Source of the DNA: Ignavibacterium sp.
GTDB taxonomy: Bacteria; Bacteroidota; Ignavibacteria; Ignavibacteriales; Ignavibacteriaceae
Reading direction: 5' to 3'
DNA: 64,000 nucleotides
NCBI GenBank assembly: GCA_025056745.1
Contig: JANWVQ010000082.1
Coordinates: forward strand, 56,696-120,695
The translations under genes and the position numbers were made by a program. Within the stretch, counting starts at the first letter, position 1. Each line of letters begins with the position of its first letter. The notes under the pieces were generated by a model. It ran no database searches. It was not told the DNA's origin and saw nothing but the letters and a program-made list of their open reading frames with translations. Shown piece by piece: positions 51,080 to 60,657 of this stretch.

Positions 51080-51616
51080 CTAACCTATTACTCTTTCTGG
51101 AAAAGCTTCAATAAAATCTTTCCAGCTGCTTTTAGTTAATTTTGATTTTTTTAATCTCAACGAATGACAAACTGCAATAGCTAATGCGTCACTTTCATCG
51201 GTTTTTAAAGAGATTTTGTTTAATGAAAGTAGATTAGATATCATATATGAAACTTGTTGTTTTGAAGCTGATCCCAGTCCAACAACAGATTTTTTAACTT
51301 CTCTAGGTGAGTATTCATTGACGCTAAGATTATTATGAATAGCTGCAAGAATGGAAACCCCTCTTGCATAACCAATTTTCATAGCTGATTGGACATTTTT
51401 ACCGTAAAAAGCAGTTTCAATAGCGAATTCGTTAGGTTTATATTTTTTTATTATATAAGATATTTCTCTATAAATTATCTCAAGCCTTTGAGAAATTGGT
51501 TTATTAGTTGGAAGTTTAATAACTCCGCTGTAAACCCTCTTTATGCTATTACCATAAACTTTTATAACACCAACACCAGTGAAAATTGTACCAGGATCAA
51601 CTCCGATTATAACCAT
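51080..51616 (-). CDS. ruvC: crossover junction endodeoxyribonuclease RuvC
   Basis: 178 aa. IIGVDPG, AIETAFY and SDALAIAVCH blocks. Confidence 0.95.
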   Translation of the reverse strand: MVIIGVDPGTIFTGVGVIKVYGNSIKRVYSGVIKLPTNKPISQRLEIIYREISYIIKKYKPNEFAIETAFYGKNVQSAMKIGYARGVSILAAIHNNLSVNEYSPREVKKSVVGLGSASKQQVSYMISNLLSLNKISLKTDESDALAIAVCHSLRLKKSKLTKSSWKDFIEAFPERVIG

Positions 51617-51627
51617 TTATTATACTT

Positions 51628-52353
51628 CTAATCAGCGAAATCAGCACTTGTATAAACGTTTTGGACATCATCACAATCTTCAATTGCTTCAATTAGTTTC
51701 ATAACTTTCTCAGCTTCTTCGCCTGAAACTTTAATTAAATTTTTTGCAACCCATTGTAATGATGCATTTTCAATTTGAATATTGTTGTTAATCAAAGCTC
51801 TTCGAACAGGCTCAAAATTTTCAACTGAGGTGGTTATTTCATAAAAATCTTCTTCAGTTTGTAAGTCATCAGCACCGGCATCTAAAACAATTGCTAAAAT
51901 ATCGTCTTCGGTTTTTCCTTGTTTTGGAATTGTTATAATGCCTTTTCTATCAAACATCCAAGCAACCGAACCTGTTTCACCTAAAGAGCCTCCGTGTTTA
52001 CTAAAAATATGTCTTACTTCAGCTACTGTTCTATTCTTATTATCTGTAGCAACCTCAACCATTATCGCAACTCCACCAGGTCCGTATCCTTCATAGGTTA
52101 ATTCATAGTATGCAACGCCTTCAAGTTCGCCGGTAGCTTTTTTAATTGCTCTTTCAATATTCTCAGCAGGCATATTTTGAGACTTTGCATTATCGATCGC
52201 TAATCGCAGTCTTGGATTTCCATCTGGGTCTCCGCCACCTTGTTTAGCAGCAATGGTGATTTCTTTAATAAGTTTAGTGAAAATTTTTCCTCTTTTTGCA
52301 TCTAATGCTGCTTTTTTTCTTTTAATTGTAGACCATTTTGAATGACCTGACAT
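51628..52353 (-). CDS. YebC/PmpR family DNA-binding transcriptional regulator
   Basis: 241 aa. MSGHSKWSTIKRKKAALDAKRGKIFTKL is the family hallmark. Confidence 0.9.
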   Translation of the reverse strand: MSGHSKWSTIKRKKAALDAKRGKIFTKLIKEITIAAKQGGGDPDGNPRLRLAIDNAKSQNMPAENIERAIKKATGELEGVAYYELTYEGYGPGGVAIMVEVATDNKNRTVAEVRHIFSKHGGSLGETGSVAWMFDRKGIITIPKQGKTEDDILAIVLDAGADDLQTEEDFYEITTSVENFEPVRRALINNNIQIENASLQWVAKNLIKVSGEEAEKVMKLIEAIEDCDDVQNVYTSADFAD

Positions 52354-54092
52354 TATTTATTCTCCTGTGAATTTAATGTTTGGCTAATTCTTAAATCTCT
52401 TAATCTTAATTGAGGAAATATTCTTCCATCTTTTTCAAATTTATCTATTACATAAACGATATCGAATTCTGAATTTTTATTTTCTTTAAGCAAATCTAAA
52501 TATTCACCCAGATTAAAGCCAATAGAATCTATTACTTTTTGATTTGTTTTATGTTTAAACGTTACATATAAATGATTATTCCCCACTACTCTTGGAGTGT
52601 TAAGAACATTAACACCTCTGGTCAAAAAAACAGGACGCATATTACCCGGACCAAACGGGGAGAACTGTTCGATTATCCTTAAGAATTTAGGAGTTATTTC
52701 ACTAAATTTTACTTCAGTATCAATTTCAATTTCTGGTATGAGGTCTTCTTCTGAAAGACTTTCTCTTACAATTTGATTAAATCGTAAACGAAACTCTTCA
52801 ATTTTATCCAATTCAATAGCTAAACCAGCAGCAGCTTTATGTCCTCCAAAGTGAAGTAAAACATCTTCACATTTTTTCAATGCTTCATAAATATTAAAAT
52901 TGTTTATACTTCTCGCTGAACCCTTTGCTACACCATCAACAGTTGTCAACATAATTGTTGGGCGATAGTATTTTTCAACAAGTCTTGAAGCTACAATTCC
53001 AATTACTCCAGGATGCCACTCTTCTTGATGAAGTATAATTGCAAGTTCTTTCTTTAAATCAAGAGAGTTTTCAACAAGGCTGCTTGCATAATCAAAAGTA
53101 TCGCCATCAATTTTTCTTCTTTCATAATTCTCGCTTTCAAGGATCTCTGCTAATCTTGCAGCTTCATTGATATTGTCTGTGATAAGAAGTTCAACAGCTC
53201 TTCTTGCATCTCCCAATCTTCCAACAGCATTTATTCTTGGAGCCAGAGTAAATACAATTTGCCCAGATGTTAAACTTCCTTTTTGAATTCCTGCACTTTG
53301 GATTAATGCTTCAATACCAGGTCTTGGATTTTTATTTATTTGGTCTAAGCCTTCTTTAACTAAGATTCTATTTTCTCCTGTTAAAGGCACAATATCTGCA
53401 GCTCCGGCAAGAGCAACTAAATCTAAATATTTCAATGGTAGATCACGTTTTCCAACCCTTCCGGATATTCCCTGAGCTAATTTAAAGGCAATACCAGCAC
53501 CTGATAAAAATTTATAAGGATAATTACATTGAGGTTTTATTGGATCTAAAACTGCAATTGCATCTGGAAGTTGTTCTTTAGGTTGGTGATGATCACAAAT
53601 TATCAAATCGAGTCCTAACTGTTTTGCGTGTTCTGCTTCTTCAACAGCTGTAATTCCGCAATCGACAGCTATTACTAAACTTGCATTTTTTGACTTTATA
53701 AAATCGAGTCCTTCTTTAGAAATTCCATAACCCTCTTCAAGTCTTTTAGGAATGTAGAATTCAACATTAGCATTTAATTCTTTAAGAAATAGGACTAAAA
53801 GAGATGTTGCACAAGTTCCATCAACATCATAATCACCATAAACATAGATAAGATGATTATTCACAATTGCATTTATAACTCTTTTAGTGGCTATATCCAT
53901 TCCATCCATCAAAAATGGATCATAGAGATTATCTATTGATGGTCGAAAGAAGTTTTTTGCTTGGTTGAAAGTTCTAATTCCACGTTGTACTAAAAGCTTT
54001 GCTAAAGTTTCGGAGATATTTAGCGATTCTGAAAGGGTTTTTATTGTGAATGTATCTTCTGTTTCTTTAATTTTCCAAACTTTGTTGATCAT
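52353..54092 (-). CDS. recJ: single-stranded-DNA-specific exonuclease RecJ
   Basis: DHH motifs GDYDVDG, DCG and CDHHQP, plus DHHA1 GGHKAAAG. The track's TTG 54179 start would run into the RNase P RNA gene, so I use ATG 54092 (MINKVWKIKE). Confidence 0.9.
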   Translation of the reverse strand: MINKVWKIKETEDTFTIKTLSESLNISETLAKLLVQRGIRTFNQAKNFFRPSIDNLYDPFLMDGMDIATKRVINAIVNNHLIYVYGDYDVDGTCATSLLVLFLKELNANVEFYIPKRLEEGYGISKEGLDFIKSKNASLVIAVDCGITAVEEAEHAKQLGLDLIICDHHQPKEQLPDAIAVLDPIKPQCNYPYKFLSGAGIAFKLAQGISGRVGKRDLPLKYLDLVALAGAADIVPLTGENRILVKEGLDQINKNPRPGIEALIQSAGIQKGSLTSGQIVFTLAPRINAVGRLGDARRAVELLITDNINEAARLAEILESENYERRKIDGDTFDYASSLVENSLDLKKELAIILHQEEWHPGVIGIVASRLVEKYYRPTIMLTTVDGVAKGSARSINNFNIYEALKKCEDVLLHFGGHKAAAGLAIELDKIEEFRLRFNQIVRESLSEEDLIPEIEIDTEVKFSEITPKFLRIIEQFSPFGPGNMRPVFLTRGVNVLNTPRVVGNNHLYVTFKHKTNQKVIDSIGFNLGEYLDLLKENKNSEFDIVYVIDKFEKDGRIFPQLRLRDLRISQTLNSQENK

Positions 54093-54119
54093 ATATTCAA
54101 TTTTCAAAAAATTTTTGAA

Positions 54120-54659
54120 GAATAGAACTAACAGAAAACCTATAAGCCGAATTCTGTATCCCAAAGGAAGGGATGGCAATTATTTATCTTGACTCAATGT
54201 TACCATTGAGCTCTAGCGGTCTACCCAAAAATCGCTATCCCAAAGGGATAATACGAGCGAACAACTCTCTTTCCTCAAATGAGGAAACGATTTTCCTACT
54301 TGACCTTGCTTCGGGTGTGGTTTGCCGCGTCTCAAATTGGAGGCTGTCCAAAAAATTTGGAATTAATGGTAAATTAATTTGGATGATTTATAAAAAATAA
54401 AACTTTTTAATAAGACAGCCACCAACTGAGATCCCAAAATGGGACCCCCAATATTACTATTGGGGCGGTGAGCTCTTACCTCACCTTTTCACCCTTGCCT
54501 GAGCCTCATAATGGGCCATCGGCGGTATTTTTTCTGTGGCACTTTCAGTTATCCCAATTGGGATACCCGGGAGTTACCCGGCACCCTGTTCTATGAAGTT
54601 CGGACTTTCCTCCTCCGATATAATCAGAGGCAATTGCCCAGTTTTCTGTTAGTTTATTC
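54120..54659 (-). ncRNA. rnpB: RNase P RNA, bacterial type A (ends approximate, +/- 15 nt)
   Basis: The minus strand reads ...GGAGGAAAGTCCGAAC..ACAGGGTGCCGGGTAAC..AGTGCCACAGAAAA..ACCGCCGATGGCC..GGCAAGGGTGAAAAGGTGAGGTAAGAGCTCACC..GCAAACCACACCCGAAGCAAGGTCAAGTAGG..GGTAGACCGCTAGAG..ACAGAATTCGGCTTATAGG. These match the universally conserved P4, J11/12, P10-P14 and P15-P18 blocks of E. coli M1 RNA. P1 forms from AACTAACAGAAAAC and GTTTTCTGTTAGTT. Confidence 0.88.
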
Positions 54660-54809
54660 CTCGAATGATTTCCCGTTTAGGGATAATCCGTTAATTACTA
54701 AGTTAATTTTGTTTTAATTCAGATTCGATGTTTAATTTTGATCTGTTCTTTGCAAAAATAATTTATTTATATCTTTATCAAAACAGATTAATCTATTCAT
54801 TAAATAAAA

Positions 54810-55541
54810 TTACAATTCCTTCTCCGCTTCTTCGGCAATTTCCTGAGAGACTAAAATCCTACCACAATACTCGCAAGTTATAATTCTATTATTCCTTCTT
54901 ATTTCTAATTGTCTTTGTGCTGGGACAATATTATGACAACCCGAACAAGCAGAACGTTTTATAGTAACAACTGCTTTACCTTTTTTTGCTTTTCTTATTT
55001 TTTGATATTGAGCGAGATCACTACTCTTTACTTGCTCTTCTATCTTCTTATGAATTTCCCTAAGCTTTTTTTCTTCTTTTTCATTTGCTTTAATTATCTC
55101 TTTTAACTCAGCTTCTTTTTCTTTAAGTTCTTTTTCAAGTTCCTTTATTTTAGGTATAATCTCCTCTATTTCATTTGATAGAGCTTTACTTCTATCTGCA
55201 AGAGCATCATTTTCTGATTCCATCTTTTTAATTGTTTCTTCTGTGTAATCAATTTCTTTTGTTAAAGCATCATATTCTTTATTATTTCTAACTTGATAAA
55301 GCTGAGATTTGAATTTTTTAAGTGACTCTTTTAGCTTTTCAATTTCTTCATCATTTGATTCTCGCTTCTCTAAAGATTCCTGTTTTTCTTTTTCTTTAAG
55401 CTTTATCTGTTCTTTTAATTCTGATATTTTAGAATTAAGACTATTCACATTGTTCGGTAAATCACCTCTTAATTCCTCTAATTCATCCAATTGACTGTCA
55501 ATTATTTGAAGTTGATATAATATTTTTAATCTGTTATGCAA
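54810..55541 (-). CDS. coiled-coil protein with C-terminal C4 zinc ribbon (COG1579 family)
   Basis: 243 aa. About 190 aa of heptad-rich E/K/L sequence is followed by CSGCHNIV...CEYCGRIL. Confidence 0.75.
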   Translation of the reverse strand: MHNRLKILYQLQIIDSQLDELEELRGDLPNNVNSLNSKISELKEQIKLKEKEKQESLEKRESNDEEIEKLKESLKKFKSQLYQVRNNKEYDALTKEIDYTEETIKKMESENDALADRSKALSNEIEEIIPKIKELEKELKEKEAELKEIIKANEKEEKKLREIHKKIEEQVKSSDLAQYQKIRKAKKGKAVVTIKRSACSGCHNIVPAQRQLEIRRNNRIITCEYCGRILVSQEIAEEAEKEL

Positions 55542-55551
55542 TTTTATCTCC

Positions 55552-56658
55552 TTAATTATTAAAGAAATTTATCGGATTTGTTGAACCATTAAATTTATAA
55601 ACTTTTATTTTCTTTTTATTTAAGAAATTTAGTATTCTTTTTTCCAGCTCATCAATTATAGGAATTTCTGTCTCATAATGACCAGCATCAATTAATAAAA
55701 TATTACCCAAGGCATCCTGAAATTTATGATAATTCACATCTGCGGTAATAAACGCATCTGCACCTTGTCTAATTGCCTCATCTAATAATTCACTACCTGA
55801 ACCTCCGCAAACAGCTACATTTTTAATTTTATCATTTTTACCAATTGAATATCTCAAACCTTTAGCGCTTAATGATTTTTTTACTAAAGATAAAAATTCT
55901 TCAGTGGTCATTTCATTATTTAACTGCCCAATTGCGCCCATCCCAAAATTCACATTGTCATTTGATAATCTATAAACATCATAAGCAACTTCTTCATAGG
56001 GATGACTATTCTTCATCGCTTGAAGAACTTTATTCAAATCAAATGAATTTACTATCATCTCCAATCTTACTTCTTTAACAAATTCTAGTGTATCTTTAAT
56101 TCCAATATAAGGATTTGAAGAAGCACTACCTTTAAAGGTTCCAATACCCTCAAGTCTAAAACTACAATTTGAGTATTCACCAATTATACCTCCACCGGCC
56201 TGATGCATTGCGTTTGCAACCTTTTCGATATGCTCTTCGGGTACGAAGACAACAACTTTGTATTGATTTGATGTTAGGTTCTTTAGAAATTTTATATTAT
56301 TCAGACCTAATTTTTTCGCTAATTGAAAACTAACTCCATCTTTAACGAAATCCAGATTAGTATGAGCCGAATAAAGATTTATTTGATTTTTTATGAGTTT
56401 TTTTATTATTTCATAGTTGGTTTCAGAGTTGGAGATACTTTTAAGTGGCTTAAAAATGAGAGGGTGATGAGTTATTATTAGATTACACCTCTTCTTGATG
56501 GCATCATCCACCACGTTTAGGCTAACCTCCAAACTTAACATTATATTTTTTACTTTACTTTCAGAGTCACCTATCAGTAACCCAATATTATCTTTATCCC
56601 ACGCAATTCCAGGAGGAGCCCATTTTTCAATATTTTTTATTAATTCTTTAACTAACAT
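55552..56658 (-). CDS. Nif3-like dinuclear metal centre protein (GTP cyclohydrolase I type 2 homologue)
   Basis: WDKDNIGLLIGD, LIITHHPLIF, YSAHTNLD and the C-terminal DAGHYETE. I prefer ATG 56658 (MLVKELIKNIEKW) over 56691. Confidence 0.85.
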   Translation of the reverse strand: MLVKELIKNIEKWAPPGIAWDKDNIGLLIGDSESKVKNIMLSLEVSLNVVDDAIKKRCNLIITHHPLIFKPLKSISNSETNYEIIKKLIKNQINLYSAHTNLDFVKDGVSFQLAKKLGLNNIKFLKNLTSNQYKVVVFVPEEHIEKVANAMHQAGGGIIGEYSNCSFRLEGIGTFKGSASSNPYIGIKDTLEFVKEVRLEMIVNSFDLNKVLQAMKNSHPYEEVAYDVYRLSNDNVNFGMGAIGQLNNEMTTEEFLSLVKKSLSAKGLRYSIGKNDKIKNVAVCGGSGSELLDEAIRQGADAFITADVNYHKFQDALGNILLIDAGHYETEIPIIDELEKRILNFLNKKKIKVYKFNGSTNPINFFNN

Positions 56659-56887
56659 ATACAAAAAATGCACTCCAAAAATGAAGTGCATTTAATAATT
56701 AATTTACTCGTTTTCTTAAATTCTTCGAAAAAATATTTATTAGTTTCAGTATTTTAGAACTCATTTTTTCCATATTTTCTGTTGCAATATAATATTTGTC
56801 TATGGAATATGCAATTCTTAGATTAATCCTAATAATAAATTTTCTCAATGCTAACAAAAAAGATATTAATAAACAAAGAGGTGAAAT

Positions 56888-57358
56888 ATGTCGAAAAAAT
56901 ATTGGTTGATGAAAACAGAGCCAAGTGTCTTCTCTTGGGAAGATCTAAAGAGAAGCAAAGACCAGACAACTTTTTGGGATGGTGTTAGAAATTATCAAGC
57001 CAGAAATTATCTCAGGGATGAAATAAAAATAGGTGATGAAGTACTTTTTTATCACAGTAATTCAGATCCTCTTGCAGTTATGGGAGTTTGTGAAGTAGTT
57101 AAAGAGGGCTACCCTGATCATACTCAATTTGATCCTCACAATATTCATTACGATGAAAAATCCGATCCCTCAAATCCGACTTGGTTTATGGTCGACATCA
57201 AGCTGAAAAAAGAGTTTAAAAATCCAGTTACTTTAGAACAAATTAAATCAAACCCAAAACTCAAGAATATGAAATTAGTTCAAAAAGGAAATCGTCTTTC
57301 AGTAATGCCTGTTACAAAAGAAGAGTTTAATGAAATCGTTAAGATGGGAACGAAATGA
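56888..57358 (+). CDS. EVE (PUA-like) domain protein
   Basis: 156 aa. YWLMKTEP, WDGVRNYQARNY and FYHS are EVE/THYN1-like blocks. GAGGTG RBS. Confidence 0.8.
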   Translation: MSKKYWLMKTEPSVFSWEDLKRSKDQTTFWDGVRNYQARNYLRDEIKIGDEVLFYHSNSDPLAVMGVCEVVKEGYPDHTQFDPHNIHYDEKSDPSNPTWFMVDIKLKKEFKNPVTLEQIKSNPKLKNMKLVQKGNRLSVMPVTKEEFNEIVKMGTK

Positions 57359-57408
57359 ATTCTTTTTTAATAATTAATCTAAACTTTTACATATTTGAAA
57401 TAATGTAA

Positions 57409-58347
57409 ATGATTAAAAAAACTAAATCCTCATCTTTTGCTTCAAACGAAAGTATACGAACCACCATTATTGGAATAGTTGTAAGTATATTCTTAGCAAT
57501 AATAAAAATAATAACAGGCATTTTAGGAAATTCATACGCTTTAATTGCTGATGGTATTGAATCTACAACAGATGTTTTTGTTTCAATTGTAGTTGTAACA
57601 GGATTAAGAATAGCTCAAATGCCGCCTGATGAAAAACATCCCTATGGTCACGGCAAAGCGGAGCCTTTTGCTGGATTAATAGTTTCATTAGCTTTGATCA
57701 TAGCTGCAATAATAATTATAATTCAAAGTATCATCGAAATAATTACTCCTCACCACGCTCCAGCTCCATTTACTTTGATTGTATTATTACTTGTTGTGGT
57801 AATAAAAGAACTTTTGTTTCGTTTTATTCTTAAAGTTGGCAATCAATTTGGAAGTGTTGCTCTCAAAAATGATGCTTGGCACCATAGGAGCGATGCTATC
57901 ACTTCAGCAGCAGCATTTGTTGGAATTTCAATTGCTTTGATTGGTGGACCTGGGTATGAGTCAGCAGATGATTTTGCAGCATTATTAGCTTCTGTTGTTA
58001 TTATTTTCAATGCGTTCAAACTTCTTAAACCCGCTCTTGACGAAATTATGGATGCAACACCATCGCAATTACTTAGAGATGAAATTATTAAAGTAGCAAA
58101 CTCTGTTGAAGGAGTGATTGCATCTGAAAAGTGCTTAGTCAGAAAGATGGGGTTTGATTATTTTATTGATATTCATATTATAGTTAATGGAAACTTATCT
58201 GTTTATGAAGGGCACGAGATATCTCATAAAGTGAAAGATAAATTAACTGAAACTTTCTCTCAGATTAATAACGTGTTAGTTCACGTTGAACCAGCTACTG
58301 AGGAGAGGCTAAATCGTGAACATATAAAAAAACAATTAAACAAATGA
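57409..58347 (+). CDS. cation diffusion facilitator family transporter
   Basis: 312 aa. Six TM helices, ADGIESTTD and HHRSDA metal-site motifs, and a C-terminal cytoplasmic domain ending VHVEP. Confidence 0.9.
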   Translation: MIKKTKSSSFASNESIRTTIIGIVVSIFLAIIKIITGILGNSYALIADGIESTTDVFVSIVVVTGLRIAQMPPDEKHPYGHGKAEPFAGLIVSLALIIAAIIIIIQSIIEIITPHHAPAPFTLIVLLLVVVIKELLFRFILKVGNQFGSVALKNDAWHHRSDAITSAAAFVGISIALIGGPGYESADDFAALLASVVIIFNAFKLLKPALDEIMDATPSQLLRDEIIKVANSVEGVIASEKCLVRKMGFDYFIDIHIIVNGNLSVYEGHEISHKVKDKLTETFSQINNVLVHVEPATEERLNREHIKKQLNK

Positions 58348-58393
58348 ATCATATTTTTTGTTTTATCATCAAATAACAAAAAGGAGTAAAATT

Positions 58394-58579
58394 ATGAAAG
58401 CCAACATTGGAGCAATTGACAAATATCTTAGAATTTTAATTGGTATATTAATCATTGGCTATGGATTTTTTGCCAAAAGTTGGTGGGGGCTAATAGGAAT
58501 TGTACCTATTATTACAGCATTAACCAACTATTGTCCTGTCTATGGGTTATTTAAATTCTCCACAAATAAAGAAAAATAA
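58394..58579 (+). CDS. DUF2892 (YgaP-like) small membrane protein
   Basis: 61 aa from ATG 58394, with AAGGAG 8 nt upstream. The pattern is G.IDK.LRI.IG...G..P..TAL...CP.Y..F. Confidence 0.7.
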   Translation: MKANIGAIDKYLRILIGILIIGYGFFAKSWWGLIGIVPIITALTNYCPVYGLFKFSTNKEK

Positions 58580-58603
58580 TATCATAAACAATTTATTAAA
58601 GAA

Positions 58604-58647
58604 AGAATAAGCGTAATCAATAAAATGATTGGCTTATTCTTCTTTTT
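58604..58647 (+). terminator. candidate rho-independent terminator
   Basis: AGAATAAGC (58604-58612) pairs with GCTTATTCT (58632-58640), followed by TCTTTTT. The loop is long (19 nt), so confidence is moderate. Confidence 0.45.
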
Positions 58648-58777
58648 AATATATTCCTCAATTATTCTTTTACAATCAAACTTTGTTTAATTTTACGTGA
58701 AAGAACAATTCTTTTTTATTGAACTTATAGTTGTATTATTGAATTAATAACCATAAAAACTCTTTAACGGAGAAATT

Positions 58778-60175
58778 ATGTTCGAGAAAAAAATCTATAT
58801 TGAAAGAAGAAATTATCTGAAGAATAAATTCAAATCTGGGTTAATAATTTTCCTTGGAAATGATGAATCACCGATAAACTATTCTGGAAATACCTACAAC
58901 TTCAGACAGGACAGTTCATTTCTTTATTATTTTGGTTTGAATATTCCTAACTTAATTGGAGTAATTGATATTGATGAGAATAAAGAATATTTATTTGGAT
59001 ATGAATATACATTATCAGATATAGTTTGGATGGGAAAACAACCAACTCTCAAAGAGCTTGCCGACAGGGTAGGAGTTGAATTATCAGAATCCATTTCAAA
59101 TGCTAAGAAATTTTTTCAGAAAAAAATTAAATCTAAAGCCAAGTTTCATTTTCTACCAACTTACAGAGCCGAACAAAATTTAAAGTTAGCTGAATTATTG
59201 AATGAAAATCCTTTCAAAATCAAAAGTAAATCCTCAAAAAAATTAGTTGAAATTGTAGTTGAACAAAGATCAGTCAAATCATCCGAAGAGATTTCAGAAA
59301 TTGAATATGCATTGGAAATAGCATACCAAATGCATTTAACTGCTATGCAGATGGCAAAGCCTGGAATTATTGAACGTGATATTATGGCAGCGCTGCAAGG
59401 TATAGCTTATTCTATCGGAAATGGCTTCTCATTTCAACCAATTATTTCAAAGAACGGACAAATTCTCCATAATCATTACTACGAAAATCAACTTAAAGAA
59501 GGTGATTTACTAGTTTGTGACGCTGGAGCTGAATCTTATAGATTTTATGCAAGTGACATTACAAGAACAATTCCTGTGGGGGGGAAATTTTCTTCAATTC
59601 AAAAAGATATATATGAAATTGTTTTAACAGCTCAAAAGAATGCCATCAATGCAATAAAACCAGGAGCAAAGTATATAGATGTTCATCTAATAGCTGCCAA
59701 AATAATCGCAGCTGGATTAATTCAATTGGGAATAATGAAAGGTAATCCCTCAGATGCAGTTAAAAATGGTGCTCACGCTTTGTTTTTCCCGCACGGTTTA
59801 GGACATATGCTCGGACTTGATGTTCACGATATGGAAGCATTAGGTGAAGATTATGTGGGCTATGATAAAAACACTAAAAGAAGTAATCAATTTGGCTTGT
59901 CATACTTACGGTTCGCGAAAGAATTGAAACCAGGATATGTATTGACAGTTGAGCCTGGAATTTATTTCATTCCAGAATTGATTAACCAGTGGATGTCAAA
60001 AAATAAACTAAAGAATTTTATTAATTATGATAAGTTAGAAGCTTTTAAAGACTTTGGCGGAATTCGAATTGAAGATAATGTTCTTGTTACAGAAACTGGC
60101 CACAAAGTTCTTGGTAGATTAATTCCGAAAGAAGCGAAAGACGTTGAAGAAATCGTTAAAGGAGAAAGTGTTTGA
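58778..60175 (+). CDS. pepP: M24B family Xaa-Pro aminopeptidase
   Basis: 465 aa. Metal-ligand contexts are CDAGAE..YASDITRT, HGLGHMLGLDVHD, VEPGIY and IRIEDNVLVT. Confidence 0.85.
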   Translation: MFEKKIYIERRNYLKNKFKSGLIIFLGNDESPINYSGNTYNFRQDSSFLYYFGLNIPNLIGVIDIDENKEYLFGYEYTLSDIVWMGKQPTLKELADRVGVELSESISNAKKFFQKKIKSKAKFHFLPTYRAEQNLKLAELLNENPFKIKSKSSKKLVEIVVEQRSVKSSEEISEIEYALEIAYQMHLTAMQMAKPGIIERDIMAALQGIAYSIGNGFSFQPIISKNGQILHNHYYENQLKEGDLLVCDAGAESYRFYASDITRTIPVGGKFSSIQKDIYEIVLTAQKNAINAIKPGAKYIDVHLIAAKIIAAGLIQLGIMKGNPSDAVKNGAHALFFPHGLGHMLGLDVHDMEALGEDYVGYDKNTKRSNQFGLSYLRFAKELKPGYVLTVEPGIYFIPELINQWMSKNKLKNFINYDKLEAFKDFGGIRIEDNVLVTETGHKVLGRLIPKEAKDVEEIVKGESV

Positions 60176-60657
60176 TTAAGTTCTTTATTATCAGTTTGAC
60201 TTTAATTTCATATATTTATTCCCAAGAAAAAGTTTTACCAATCGCAAAAATTTCAAATGATGAGGTGAAAATATCACTGCTAAATTTACATTCGTTTAAT
60301 AGTGATAACAATAAGGAAGAACATAAATTTATAGTTGCGGAAGTAATTATCGAGAATATCTCTGATAAATATATAAATATGGGCTCTGAATATTCAATGA
60401 GTTTAATAATTATTGATGCAGATGGTAAAGAATATAAATCAGGAATTAAGGGAGCAGCCATTGTATCTGAGTTTCTAACAAAATTTCCAAAGTTTCAACA
60501 AGATCAAAACGCATACAATTTATGTTTCAGTGATAAATTCCCTCCCAAAACAAAAGCCAGATCTTTTTTATGTGGTTACGAAGTGCCAGAAAATTCTCAA
60601 ATAAAAAAATTTGGCGTCAAGAAGAAAAATATTTTTGCTTCGATAAACGTTAAATGA
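60172..60657 (+). CDS. hypothetical secreted protein
   Basis: 161 aa. Signal-like N-terminus and a beta-rich composition. 4-nt overlap with pepP. No motif I can name with confidence. Confidence 0.5.
   Translation: MIKFFIISLTLISYIYSQEKVLPIAKISNDEVKISLLNLHSFNSDNNKEEHKFIVAEVIIENISDKYINMGSEYSMSLIIIDADGKEYKSGIKGAAIVSEFLTKFPKFQQDQNAYNLCFSDKFPPKTKARSFLCGYEVPENSQIKKFGVKKKNIFASINVK

Noticed and set aside
53965-54717. Track ORFs 53965-54192(+), 54173-54400(+) and 54511-54717(+), and the TTG-54179 N-terminal extension of recJ
   Set aside because: They lie on or antisense to the RNase P RNA gene, whose conserved blocks explain the sequence. Their translations are low-complexity with no motifs. recJ has a normal MINKVWKIKE start at 54092.
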